Source: Alphaproteobacteria bacterium (GTDB lineage Bacteria; Pseudomonadota; Alphaproteobacteria; RF32; CAG-239). Taken from it: a stretch of 64,000 bases of DNA. The position numbers were made by a program, and so were the translations under genes. Shown here one piece after another: positions 10,301 to 19,259 of the stretch; position 1 is the stretch's first letter; every line of letters begins with the position of its first letter. The notes under the pieces were generated by a model. The model was not told the origin of the DNA and did no database searches. It saw nothing but the letters and a program-made list of their open reading frames with translations. The DNA is taken from positions 41,604-105,603 of the forward strand of contig JAFTVD010000001.1 of assembly GCA_017465945.1 (NCBI GenBank), in the 5' to 3' direction.

Positions 10301-13071
10301 GTTCCATAATTATAAGCTTGTCCATTTTTCAAATAAATACCCTCTGACCCCAATCCCATAACATAAATATTTGGAGTATAAATACTACTTGTACCACTTA
10401 AACCATTAAACAAATTAGCATTTAAACTTGTTGCTGCCATTCCATGTGAATATTTACCTGTTACATAAATATTACCAAAATTTCTAGCTGACGCTCCTTG
10501 TGTTGAATCATTCCTGATACCTATAGAATCATGAGATGCAACAAATATATTGCCATAATTTTCAGCATACGCTTCAGCTGTTGCCGTAGTATCAACATAA
10601 ATACCTGTATTATATTGGTTTATATCTTCTTCATACAAGTTAAGAACAATATCTCCATGATTAAAAGCTGAACCTTGTTTAGAAACACTAACCACAGCCG
10701 TACCATACGTACCACCATAGTCAACATTATCTCTCCAAATATCTCCTAAAGTAATAACACCATTCTCCTCATTCAAAAAGGTCTGTTTTGTAGATGCGCT
10801 ATCTCCTGAAACACTAACAACTGATGCAATCGGAGTATTTTTCACTGTAATACCAACATCATCAGCACCACCTCCTGCAATTGGATAATTCTCGGAATTA
10901 CCAACTTTATAATCAATCGCTCCGCTATTTGTTATCTTTGAAAAATTATCACCAAATACTTTAGAGCCGGTTGCCTTATTTGAGAGATAAATTCTTCCAT
11001 TATTTGTAATATTAACAGATCCTGAAAATTCATTTAAAATCGCAGTAGATTGCATAGAATAAACATTGATAATTCCCTCATTAACCATATTCACTAAATC
11101 TGTTTTATCAGCACCTGCAGCAAACATACCATAATTGTTCGTATAATAAGATTGCCCGTTTTCAACACCCAAATTAATAACACCATAATTTGTAATCTCA
11201 CCACCATCAAAAGATGCCATTGCGTAAGAATTACTAACTTGCATATCAATCAATCCATAATTTAACAATTTTGGATCTTTCCATTCATAAATTCTTGTTT
11301 GCGAACCATCACCTTTAGATGCAAGCATTCCATAAGTAACACCACCTGAATTAGCTTCATTTTTAATTCTTATAACACCTACAGCACTACCAGTTCCATC
11401 ATAAACGTAATCTTCATTACCATTTATTAATTCTGCACCATGAACAGACAGCATACCTGCAGCCACATCAACACCACCAGATAAAGTTGTTGATGTTAAA
11501 TTAATATCAATATTTCCTAGATTTGTAGCCTTCGTTGAAGCATCTGCTCTAATACCAATCAAACCTCCTTTTCCTAATTTTAATGCAGTATCAGAAATTG
11601 TGTATTCACCTTTATATGAAAGCTTAATATCCGCATCCTTACTATTCTCTAGTTCCATTTGTTCTGCAAAATACGGATTATAATTTTCATTTAAAAACAT
11701 CTCATCAATATATGAACCCATACCAACAAGGCTAACTCCAATCCCTGTTGCTGCATTATATCCAGCAGAAAGTTGAATCGTTCCCATATTAGTAGCTCGA
11801 ACAGTATTGCTACTTAAATTAGTACCTGTGTAAAAGTCAAATACCCCCATACCTAACATAGAACCTGAATTAGGAATAATTACTCTGTCTTCATCTTCTT
11901 CACTACCTTCTTCTTGAGAGGCATCATCCTCAATAATACCATCACCCAATACCAAGTCCCCACTAGCTCCTTCATCTGTACCTTCAAACGCTACAGACGT
12001 TGTACCTGTAATTTTTCCATAATTGGTAATTACAGAATTAGTATCGGCATACATACCAATAAGAGAATTACCCTCTGTTCCCCCCTTAAATGACATATTA
12101 ATATTTCCATAACCTAGATTATCTTCCTTTATATTACTTCCAGCCATATCAATATTGCCATCATTATATTCTTTACTATCTTTTCCATTAACAGCTAAAG
12201 CACCATTACTTGCACTCATACCAATAGAGCCATTTCCTGCTTTAATATCAATATTACCTTTACTAAAAGCTTGACTTTTATCACCATGAACAGCAATTCC
12301 AATAACACCATCACCTAATGAAAGAGTGCCTCTATTATCAAGTATTCCGCCATTTTCAACCTTATAATATGTTTTTATCAAATCGGCTTGTTTTATGGTA
12401 TTAGGCAATAATTTAATTGAATTTATATTTCCAAGTTCATTATTTTCAAAACTATAATTAGTTTCATTTTCTTTTTTTTCACCAGAAATGAGTTCTTCAT
12501 AGTTTTCAACATATCCACTTAATCCTATACCTGGTTCAATAGTAGTAATATTAGATCCATTCATATTACCCAAAGGTGCAGAACTACCTCCACCACCACC
12601 ACCACTAAAGGCTAGCAAACCACCACCAATGGCAATACCACCCAATATCCATGGGTTTAATTCAAAATCAGAACCATCATAATATAAAGATTCTTTATTA
12701 CCTAATATCTTTTCTTCTCTAACAGTTTTTGTAGATGCTAGAAACTCTTGATATTCTTTATGTATCCTATATGTACACTGATGTCTTGGATTTGCACCAC
12801 TCATTCTAAAACTATTATAGGCTACATAATCTTTCCTTTTAATAGCTATACAAAGTCCTGTATCTCCATTCAAATTAACAGAATCGATATTAAGTCCTCT
12901 ATTAACCGCATTTCTTAAGATTCCAACCTTACCATTTTTAGCTAAATAATACATTTTATTAAAATCTTGAGGTCTTAAATTTTTTACAGCAGCAAAAACA
13001 TCTCCTTTAGGCACACCAACCCCAAGGATAACCGCTAATAAGACTATCAAAATTTTAATTTTCATATTCAT
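7324..13071 (-). CDS. Giant (1,915 aa) autotransporter-type adhesin with an N-terminal ankyrin-like module
   Basis: Signal peptide, an ANK-like segment (NGDTGLCIAIKRKDYVAYNSFRMSGANP), a Gly-rich hydrophobic segment (WILGGIAIGGGLLAFSGGGGGG), ~1,300 aa of degenerate N-x-G-x-I-x-V / G-I-Y repeats, and a C-terminal beta-domain ending GVGVRYSF. Confidence 0.85.
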   Translation of the reverse strand: MNMKIKILIVLLAVILGVGVPKGDVFAAVKNLRPQDFNKMYYLAKNGKVGILRNAVNRGLNIDSVNLNGDTGLCIAIKRKDYVAYNSFRMSGANPRHQCTYRIHKEYQEFLASTKTVREEKILGNKESLYYDGSDFELNPWILGGIAIGGGLLAFSGGGGGGSSAPLGNMNGSNITTIEPGIGLSGYVENYEELISGEKKENETNYSFENNELGNINSIKLLPNTIKQADLIKTYYKVENGGILDNRGTLSLGDGVIGIAVHGDKSQAFSKGNIDIKAGNGSIGMSASNGALAVNGKDSKEYNDGNIDMAGSNIKEDNLGYGNINMSFKGGTEGNSLIGMYADTNSVITNYGKITGTTSVAFEGTDEGASGDLVLGDGIIEDDASQEEGSEEDEDRVIIPNSGSMLGMGVFDFYTGTNLSSNTVRATNMGTIQLSAGYNAATGIGVSLVGMGSYIDEMFLNENYNPYFAEQMELENSKDADIKLSYKGEYTISDTALKLGKGGLIGIRADASTKATNLGNIDINLTSTTLSGGVDVAAGMLSVHGAELINGNEDYVYDGTGSAVGVIRIKNEANSGGVTYGMLASKGDGSQTRIYEWKDPKLLNYGLIDMQVSNSYAMASFDGGEITNYGVINLGVENGQSYYTNNYGMFAAGADKTDLVNMVNEGIINVYSMQSTAILNEFSGSVNITNNGRIYLSNKATGSKVFGDNFSKITNSGAIDYKVGNSENYPIAGGGADDVGITVKNTPIASVVSVSGDSASTKQTFLNEENGVITLGDIWRDNVDYGGTYGTAVVSVSKQGSAFNHGDIVLNLYEEDINQYNTGIYVDTTATAEAYAENYGNIFVASHDSIGIRNDSTQGASARNFGNIYVTGKYSHGMAATSLNANLFNGLSGTSSIYTPNIYVMGLGSEGIYLKNGQAYNYGTIYLMNNSTTAFLLDGPDSKVLVNGEIVYNAGLDNIVFYMMTNEAKKMFEDYNFEIIVKDDGSVDGSGKGFINGFTLGKAITSESGGYAYFSKSSTAYVTGSNSHLLVAVGKGSEVYNKGKVDVVNSATALVAQNEGKAYHDGRDAYMAVKDKDSIGIKAEGSGSYAGVTPGAEIDVFEGKGGYAENFATVENYGVINVKKDSVGIGAIDGVPSIQSKAINSGVIIVEGTKSIGVNAKSGAYAYNYGDLSVSAQDATAGDISTYAYGIYSTEKVENSTNGDLKGTISVGDHAIGIYSNNAINSAGGESEPGGIFVNSSTSIGVYGAVENTGMISVSSGVGVKGSAENSGSIVVELGGIGVEGIVKNEGNINVYDYNSIGVKGSGSNEGAINTNGIGVYATGIFSNNANITGNGTVVYVDGGGFENNGDVVIGSASKGIHVKSGSVTNNGTITIGSGIGVYLEDGTRGENNGSITVTGAGTAVYVESGASFTNNNIISFDSAKSGKCNDGDGSFGGTGECVDASAKEEETEEGAEVASVATLLELNNGASFVNKGIVNFDDREIDFSDRAEDTSYVIGKGGSYKANSFKGEVLASKDIVMGGFENSYKNKDSFVGENNGLSIKSQSYMFDAKINNNKDVSDVELNRKSFEELVEEKDLGEFFEMNYNLAHNEKMYNSLKSATNKKEFNAVVESESGKKFYANLPRENMAVVRNITSTEQRKILNDGLDGVSVGANVYRTGKDGIDNLSGYEADIYTASLLNGWKLNKNWNMGLGLSASYVDSQYDDVNSDKENKIIMAFMPILYKNNNFKYLGTITAGAGMGSYNRNAMSGNYEADTFDIYYGMNNSIEYSVDMKVAELVAEAELNLQGIASDDADENNEGFVLKSNNSLSLEAGIGLKLRKTIEFAKNRSLMFAIGSKYYHEFLDPYKRLDVTMKGSPVSFDAGYYDEDKNRLKTTAEAMYKDGDLSVGAEISHISEKESNIEGGVGVRYSF

Positions 13072-13182
13072 ACGTACTCAAAAAAACAATTGTTCACGTA
13101 CGATTCTAAAACACTCTTTATTAACAAAAGTATAATATTACAAAAAATATCTACTAAATATCATAAAAATAAATCTATTTTA

Positions 13183-15744
13183 CTAATTATTATTTTCAAC
13201 CATCCTATCTTCTTGTAATTTATTATTTTTAAAATTTTTCGCATAAACATGGCTAACTAACAATAAAACTCCTGCCAATGCAAAAAGTGATATTATTCGC
13301 CAAAATTCATTTAAATTAGAAACATCATATAAGAAAATTTTTGCTATCACAAAATAAATCAATCCAAATGCAGGTTTTATCATAATATCAACATAAAACG
13401 CACTTGCCAACCATAAAACACCCAAAATAAGCCACACTAATGAATATAAGAACAAAGCACCACTAGTTAAATCTTGTCCACCAAAAGATGGATGACCATA
13501 AAAGTTAATATTCAACACCGAGGTTACTAAAACAAACGACAACCCTGCTATAACTTTTATCGCAAAATTATATATCTCTTTATTTCTTTGAGAAATAAGA
13601 TACAACAAAGACATTGGAATAACATAAATAAATACAGTATATGGCACATTAAGTTTTCCTGAAGCATATATTGGAACAAATATCATCGAACACATAACTA
13701 ATAATCTGAAAAATGCAATAATTCCCCCACAAATATACAAAGGACCATTATTTTTGCACACAAACAACAAGAACAATAAAATTAGGTCTGTTATTATAAC
13801 ATAATCGCTTATATCAATATTGTAGTACACAATATTATTTGCTGACATTTTCATCATTATAATTGCCAAAAACAAAACACTTAAACCAAAAACTACAACT
13901 AGTTTTTTCATAAATGCTCGCATTTCATCTTGTTTACACAACATATATGAGGCAACAAAACACATCAACGGAACAATTCCATAAACAATTAATCTGAGCC
14001 CCGTTAAACTATTGCCATCAAAATGTGCATTCCATCCCCATACATTAAATGGAAGTATTAGCAACAACATTTTCCAAATCGCATTTCTTAACAAATATAC
14101 TAACCAAATACATATAGCGAAAAGCCCATACTCTGCAAATCTTATATTTAGACGATCTTTAATTAAGCTAAATACCAAAACTTCAATAGCAGCAAACATT
14201 ACAAGCAAATTATTGCTTAACAACATACACAAACCAAGACTAAGCATCATAGCCCCAGATAATATCATTAAGCCAGATATTTTTTGAGATATATCGTCAT
14301 CATCCCTATTACAAAAATATGGCACTAATAATAACAAACAAGCCCCAAACCCTATATACGAAATAAAGTAAACATCTCTAAAAAGATAATATGCCACCAA
14401 ATAGTATGCAGGGCAAATCACTGCCAAATATACTGCCAAATAAACATTTCTAAATTTCTTTAATAAAATTAAATAATATGGCAATATAGCAACCACTGAC
14501 ATTATAGCATACATACTTCCCCCAATTTTATTATAAAATTGAGAGCAATACATTAAAATAACAATACCAACAGAACAAAAAATAGTTTGTACTAAATACA
14601 TACCAGAACGTATAATCGATAAATATACAAACAAGCTTAAAAGAAGTGCGCACATACCCCATTCAAGTGTTCCAAAATTTGTTTTTGCAAGACACATTAT
14701 GCAAAAAACAAAACACCCCACCATTGCAATACCACTATTTTTAGTATTATCACTCATTGTCTTTGAAAAAGAAGATATTAACAGCGTTGCAATAACTAAC
14801 ATCATAATCCATACTGTATTTAACATCTGAAAATCAAACATAAATAAAAGTAAAAATGCCCATAAATATATTCCGCCAAACATTAACAATACAATTAAAG
14901 ATGAAACAACAAATACACCACTATATACTACAACCCCAAATAACATTAATAAATAAAACGAAGATAAAAATACCGCCCCCTCATTAAATGAATAAACAAG
15001 AGATGGAGTTAAAAATCCACCCAATAAAGTTAAAATAGCAATAGGCTGTTCTTTTATCTTTGTAACAAGATGCATTGCAAGTAATGTAACACCACACATC
15101 AAAACAAATGAAACACCAACTGATGTTATAAAGTATAACTTTGATAACGCATATGATACAAAATAAAGTGCTACAATACCAATACTTATTAAAACCTGAG
15201 ATATTCGCTTACTATCAGCAAAGTCCTCTTTATAAAATAACTTATTACCTCCCCAAATTGCAAAAGATGCTCCTATTGTTAATAATAACAAACGCACTTG
15301 AGGTGATAAAATACCATGAGATACTAAAAATCTAACCAAGAAAAATACCCCAAGAATAGCTGCAAAACCAGCCACCCAAACCAAAAAATTCTTTTCCTGT
15401 TTTTCAGAAACATCTATAATATCTTCTTCAAATTTTTTATAATTATCAACAATCTCTACTTTTTTATTGATATGCTCTTCTTTTAAAACAACCTTTTTTT
15501 CATCTTCAACTTTATCATTTGCCACAACTTCTCTTTTTTGCTTTAATAATTGAACAGATGAATATGTTTTTGCCACCTTTTCCTTTTCATCTATATTTTC
15601 TCTACAAAGCCTTTCTACCTTTTTTTGTAAATCATGTACCCAAACCAATAAAAAACAAACCAATGCATATAAAACAAAGGTCTTTGTTTCTATAATATTT
15701 AACACACCTAAAAAAGTAAAAAGTAATATAAATTCAAAAAACAT
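13183..15744 (-). CDS. DUF2339-like polytopic membrane protein (853 aa)
   Basis: N-terminal TM, a K/E-rich coiled-coil-like region, then more than 20 predicted TM helices. The architecture recalls the DUF2339 family. Confidence 0.7.
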   Translation of the reverse strand: MFFEFILLFTFLGVLNIIETKTFVLYALVCFLLVWVHDLQKKVERLCRENIDEKEKVAKTYSSVQLLKQKREVVANDKVEDEKKVVLKEEHINKKVEIVDNYKKFEEDIIDVSEKQEKNFLVWVAGFAAILGVFFLVRFLVSHGILSPQVRLLLLTIGASFAIWGGNKLFYKEDFADSKRISQVLISIGIVALYFVSYALSKLYFITSVGVSFVLMCGVTLLAMHLVTKIKEQPIAILTLLGGFLTPSLVYSFNEGAVFLSSFYLLMLFGVVVYSGVFVVSSLIVLLMFGGIYLWAFLLLFMFDFQMLNTVWIMMLVIATLLISSFSKTMSDNTKNSGIAMVGCFVFCIMCLAKTNFGTLEWGMCALLLSLFVYLSIIRSGMYLVQTIFCSVGIVILMYCSQFYNKIGGSMYAIMSVVAILPYYLILLKKFRNVYLAVYLAVICPAYYLVAYYLFRDVYFISYIGFGACLLLLVPYFCNRDDDDISQKISGLMILSGAMMLSLGLCMLLSNNLLVMFAAIEVLVFSLIKDRLNIRFAEYGLFAICIWLVYLLRNAIWKMLLLILPFNVWGWNAHFDGNSLTGLRLIVYGIVPLMCFVASYMLCKQDEMRAFMKKLVVVFGLSVLFLAIIMMKMSANNIVYYNIDISDYVIITDLILLFLLFVCKNNGPLYICGGIIAFFRLLVMCSMIFVPIYASGKLNVPYTVFIYVIPMSLLYLISQRNKEIYNFAIKVIAGLSFVLVTSVLNINFYGHPSFGGQDLTSGALFLYSLVWLILGVLWLASAFYVDIMIKPAFGLIYFVIAKIFLYDVSNLNEFWRIISLFALAGVLLLVSHVYAKNFKNNKLQEDRMVENNN

Positions 15745-15803
15745 AGTACACCTACTAAAAAAATATATATGCCAAAGATAATTTAAAAAAGTTAATAATT
15801 AAT

Positions 15804-15830
15804 AAAAAAAGCCCCTTCAATCGAAGGGAC
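15804..15830 (-). terminator. Intrinsic terminator of the small lipoprotein gene
   Basis: Minus sense: GTCCCTTC-gatt-GAAGGGGC followed by TTTTTTT. Confidence 0.6.
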
Positions 15831-15848
15831 TTACTTAACTAAAAAAAA

Positions 15849-16085
15849 TTACATATCAACATTATTTACAGGATGTACCTGGGGTTGCTTTCCTTCTACC
15901 TCTAATCTAGGATTTACATAATTTGTAGACCCTTTTTCATAAAAATAGAAATCACGTCTTAATCTTGTCTGATCTCTAATAGACAAAGAATTCCATTCTG
16001 CTTCTGTTAAACCATAAGGATAAGTAACATCACTAGAACAAGCAGAAACCAACAAAATCAAAAGCAATCCACCAAATATTTTCAT
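15849..16085 (-). CDS. Small lipoprotein (78 aa)
   Basis: MKIFGGLLLILLVSA|C lipobox. Start moved to the ATG at 16085 (GGAG upstream); the TTG at 16097 overlaps the RBS. Confidence 0.6.
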   Translation of the reverse strand: MKIFGGLLLILLVSACSSDVTYPYGLTEAEWNSLSIRDQTRLRRDFYFYEKGSTNYVNPRLEVEGKQPQVHPVNNVDM

Positions 16086-16153
16086 AAATAACTCCAAGAT
16101 ACGATAAATTTAGTACATCTATACCCTATAATATTTTGTTTTACAAGAAAAAT

Positions 16154-16717
16154 TTATATATTTAAAATCTTGGCTATAACTTCTTCTAAATATTTTTTTC
16201 TTAAATTTTGATAGTCAAGATAATAAGCATGCTCCCAAACATCAATATTAAAAATAACCTCCATACCAAGAACAATAGGTGTATCTCCGTTTTTTGTTGT
16301 TAATATTTCTAATTCTTTCTTCTTATTTCTAACAAGCCAAACCCAACCGCTACCAAAAACTTTCATTCCTTCTTCAATAAATTTATTACCAAATTCTTTT
16401 ATAGAGCCAAATTTTTCAATTATTTCTTTACTCAATTCCTCATTTATAATATTTTTGTCACCAACAGATTTCCAATAAATATTATGATTATAAACTTGTC
16501 CTGCATTATTATATAATACCATAAGTTCAGGCTTACCAAAACTTGCCTCAATAATATCTTCCAAACTCATATCTTGAAATTCTGTTCCTTTAATAAGTTC
16601 ATTTGTTTTATCAACATATGCTTTATGATGTTTACCATAGTGAAATTCAATAGTTCTTTTAGAAATTATAGGTTCAAGTGCATTTTCTTTAAAATCTAAA
16701 TTCATAAATTCAATCAT
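16154..16717 (-). CDS. Fe/Mn-family superoxide dismutase
   Basis: LEPIISKRTIEFHYGKHH, WEHAYYLDYQN and GSGWVWL motifs. GGAG lies 6 nt upstream of the ATG at 16717. The alternative ATG at 16729 overlaps the RBS. Confidence 0.9.
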   Translation of the reverse strand: MIEFMNLDFKENALEPIISKRTIEFHYGKHHKAYVDKTNELIKGTEFQDMSLEDIIEASFGKPELMVLYNNAGQVYNHNIYWKSVGDKNIINEELSKEIIEKFGSIKEFGNKFIEEGMKVFGSGWVWLVRNKKKELEILTTKNGDTPIVLGMEVIFNIDVWEHAYYLDYQNLRKKYLEEVIAKILNI

Positions 16718-16887
16718 TTTTTTCTCCATATTTTTTCAACAAACACTTTATTATTACTATTAAGTGATTATTTTTTAAAGTATATTTTTATTTTATTAAT
16801 AATTGTTAACAACCTAATATCAAAGATTCACAAATAAAATTTATGTATTATTATACCAAATAACAATAAACAAAATGGAGAGGAAAG

Positions 16888-17574
16888 ATGAGAGTTCTTT
16901 TAATTGAAGATGATTATGCCGTATCACAGAGCGTTGAAACCATCTTAAAAAAAGAAGGAATGGTTGTAGATACAACAGATGATGGAGAAGATGGATTAGA
17001 TTGTGGTAAACTTTATGACTACGATATTATCATCTTGGATTTAAATTTACCAGGAATGAATGGTTACGAAGTACTAAAAAGTTTAAGAAATGCCAAAGTA
17101 TCAACTCCTGTATTAATTTTATCAGGTCTTTATGAACCAGATAAAAAAGTTAAAGGTTTAGGCTATGGCGCTGATGACTATTTAACAAAACCATTTGACA
17201 AGAGCGAATTATTAGCACGCATTCAAGCTATTGTTCGTCGTTCAAAAGGTCATTCAAATTCTATTATTCAAACAGGTCTTATCGAAGTTAACCTCGATAC
17301 ACAAACTGTTAGTGTTGCAGGAAAAGACTTACACCTAACAGGTAAAGAATATGGAATTATGGAGCTATTATCTTTACGTAAAGGTTCAACCCTAAATAAA
17401 GAACAATTCTTAAATCACTTATATGGTGGAATAGATGAACCAGAATTAAAGATTATTGACGTATTCATTTGTAAACTCCGCAAAAAATTAGAAAAAGCAT
17501 CAGGCGGAAAGAATTATATTGAAACTGTTTGGGGTAGAGGTTATATCCTAAAAGACCCTGATGAAAAGAAATAG
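16888..17574 (+). CDS. ctrA: Cell-cycle response regulator CtrA (OmpR family)
   Basis: Near-colinear by eye with Caulobacter CtrA as I recall it: MRVLLIEDD.., [71 protein letters not shown]. Confidence 0.9.
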   Translation: MRVLLIEDDYAVSQSVETILKKEGMVVDTTDDGEDGLDCGKLYDYDIIILDLNLPGMNGYEVLKSLRNAKVSTPVLILSGLYEPDKKVKGLGYGADDYLTKPFDKSELLARIQAIVRRSKGHSNSIIQTGLIEVNLDTQTVSVAGKDLHLTGKEYGIMELLSLRKGSTLNKEQFLNHLYGGIDEPELKIIDVFICKLRKKLEKASGGKNYIETVWGRGYILKDPDEKK

Positions 17575-17589
17575 TTTCAATAACAAGGA

Positions 17590-17637
17590 TTAAGAGGCGG
17601 TTTCTCCCACACATTACAACCGCCTCTTAATTTTTTT
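17590..17637 (+). terminator. Terminator hairpin with conserved-loop element (copy 1)
   Basis: TTAAGAGGCGGTT (17590-17602) pairs with AACCGCCTCTTAA (17618-17630): a 13-bp perfect stem. The 15-nt loop is tctcccacacattac, followed by T7. Confidence 0.75.
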
Positions 17638-17640
17638 AAA

Positions 17641-19035
17641 CTACAAATCCTTAAAAATAGATAAAGCTAACATCAAAATCATAAACATAGGGACAACATA
17701 TCTTAACATTATCAAAAAATATCTCACAAACCACTTAGGTACTATCACACCTTTAGCTATATTTTTCATAACTTGTTTCATACATTTATACCCAACAAAT
17801 AACGCCATCGTAAGACTTACTATCGCTGTTAAATAAGTAGAAGCTACCCAGTCAAAAAAAGTAAATAAATCTTTGCCCAAAAGCTTAATATCAACAGCAC
17901 CAGAAAACGAAAGAGTAACAGGAATAAAACCAACCAACACAAACAATAACGTCAAACCTAAAGCCTCAAATCTAGCACACTTAAATTTTGACATAAATAG
18001 ATTCGTAACCGCTTCAATAATAGATATTGTAGAAGTAAGAGTTGCAAGCAACAATAAACAATAAAACAATATCGCTCCAACATTACCATATGGCATCTTA
18101 GAAAAAACTAGAGGTAAGCTGATAAATGTAAGTTGTGGTCCTGCTGTTGGCTCAATTCCTCCTGCAAAAATAGCAGGAATTACCACAAAAGCACTCAAAA
18201 TCGCAGCAGATGTATCAAAAATTTCAATTTGTTTAACTGTATGAAAAATATTTTCCTTATCTTTAAGATAAGAACCATACACAAGCAATACCCCAAAACC
18301 TAAAGACAAAGAAATAAATGCTTGTCCTAATGCTACCATAAACACTTTTGCAAAATCTCGCCAATAAAAACCATCATCTTTAAACCCTAATATTTCCCAA
18401 TTTGGAGTTAATAAAAATTTTAATCCGTTATGAGATTTATCCCAAAACAAAGATTGAATAACCATTAACAATAGCAAAATAAATAAAATAGGCATCAAAT
18501 ATACTGAACACTTTTCAATACCTTTTTTCACTCCTCCTAATACCACTAAAGCAGTTAAAAGCAAAAACATAAAACCCAAACCAAATTGAAAGGTAAAACT
18601 TTTAGCTAATATATCAAATCCTTTAACAAGCTCTTCTCCCGAATATGACAGCAAATCTCCACTCATTGCTTCTAATAAATAATAAACAACCCAGCCAGCC
18701 ACAACAAAATAAAATGAAACTATCATCCATAAAGAAAGAAAGGCAACCCAACCACCAAAAAACTTCCAAACACCTAAATTTTTTGCTTTTATCTTATTTC
18801 CAATCGTCTCATATGCATCAACAAAACTACTTTTAGATGTACGCCCCAAAGCAATTTCTGCAACCATCAACGGATTACAAATAACTAGCACCGCAAACAA
18901 ATACACCAAAATAAATGACAAACCTCCATATTCACCCACCAAATATGGAAATCTCCAAACATTACCTAAACCTATCGCAGAACCTGCCGCAGCTAAAACA
19001 AATCCCCACCTGCTAGAAAAACCTTCTTTTTGCAT
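17641..19035 (-). CDS. Neurotransmitter:sodium symporter (NSS/SNF) family transporter
   Basis: N-terminal signature WGFVLAAAGSAIGLGNVWRFPYLVGEYGG, about 11-12 TM helices, GAGGTGA RBS. Confidence 0.9.
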   Translation of the reverse strand: MQKEGFSSRWGFVLAAAGSAIGLGNVWRFPYLVGEYGGLSFILVYLFAVLVICNPLMVAEIALGRTSKSSFVDAYETIGNKIKAKNLGVWKFFGGWVAFLSLWMIVSFYFVVAGWVVYYLLEAMSGDLLSYSGEELVKGFDILAKSFTFQFGLGFMFLLLTALVVLGGVKKGIEKCSVYLMPILFILLLLMVIQSLFWDKSHNGLKFLLTPNWEILGFKDDGFYWRDFAKVFMVALGQAFISLSLGFGVLLVYGSYLKDKENIFHTVKQIEIFDTSAAILSAFVVIPAIFAGGIEPTAGPQLTFISLPLVFSKMPYGNVGAILFYCLLLLATLTSTISIIEAVTNLFMSKFKCARFEALGLTLLFVLVGFIPVTLSFSGAVDIKLLGKDLFTFFDWVASTYLTAIVSLTMALFVGYKCMKQVMKNIAKGVIVPKWFVRYFLIMLRYVVPMFMILMLALSIFKDL

Positions 19036-19101
19036 TTATAGTTCACCTCAAAAATAGTCCATCAATCTAAACATAATACGCTCTATTAGTTAAAATTTTG
19101 C

Positions 19102-19144
19102 AAAAAAATAAGAGGTAGTCTCTCCCACACATCAACTACCTCTT
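19102..19144 (-). terminator. Hairpin with conserved-loop element (copy 2); terminator-like on the minus strand
   Basis: AAGAGGTAGT (19110-19119) pairs with ACTACCTCTT (19135-19144): a 10-bp perfect stem. The 15-nt loop is ctctcccacacatca. A7 at 19102-19108 gives a T-run on the minus strand. Confidence 0.5.
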
Positions 19145-19190
19145 TCCCCTCTTGTAACAAAGTTTTTTTAAATTGCAAGCTTTTTAAAAC

Positions 19191-19214
19191 AAAAAAGGCT
19201 CTCTCCCGAGAGCC
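19191..19214 (-). terminator. Intrinsic terminator of the SPFH gene
   Basis: GGCTCTC-tccc-GAGAGCC, with an A6 run on the plus side (a T-run on the minus strand). Confidence 0.7.
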
Positions 19215-19259
19215 TTCCGATTGTTTTTCATTGGTTTTTAAAGTCGTAAAGATTGGTCT

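Noticed and set aside
16796-16810. TTAA-taattg-TTAAC upstream of ctrA, considered as a CtrA autoregulatory box.
   Set aside because: The spacing is N6, not the N7 of the TTAA-N7-TTAAC consensus. TTAA-rich strings are expected by chance in this AT-rich intergenic DNA.
17590-19144. The conserved-loop hairpins considered as integron attC sites flanking a gene cassette.
   Set aside because: The attC core arrangement (RYYYAAC ... GTTRRRY at the outer ends) is not present. The conserved part here is the loop, not the stem ends. No integron integrase is in the window.
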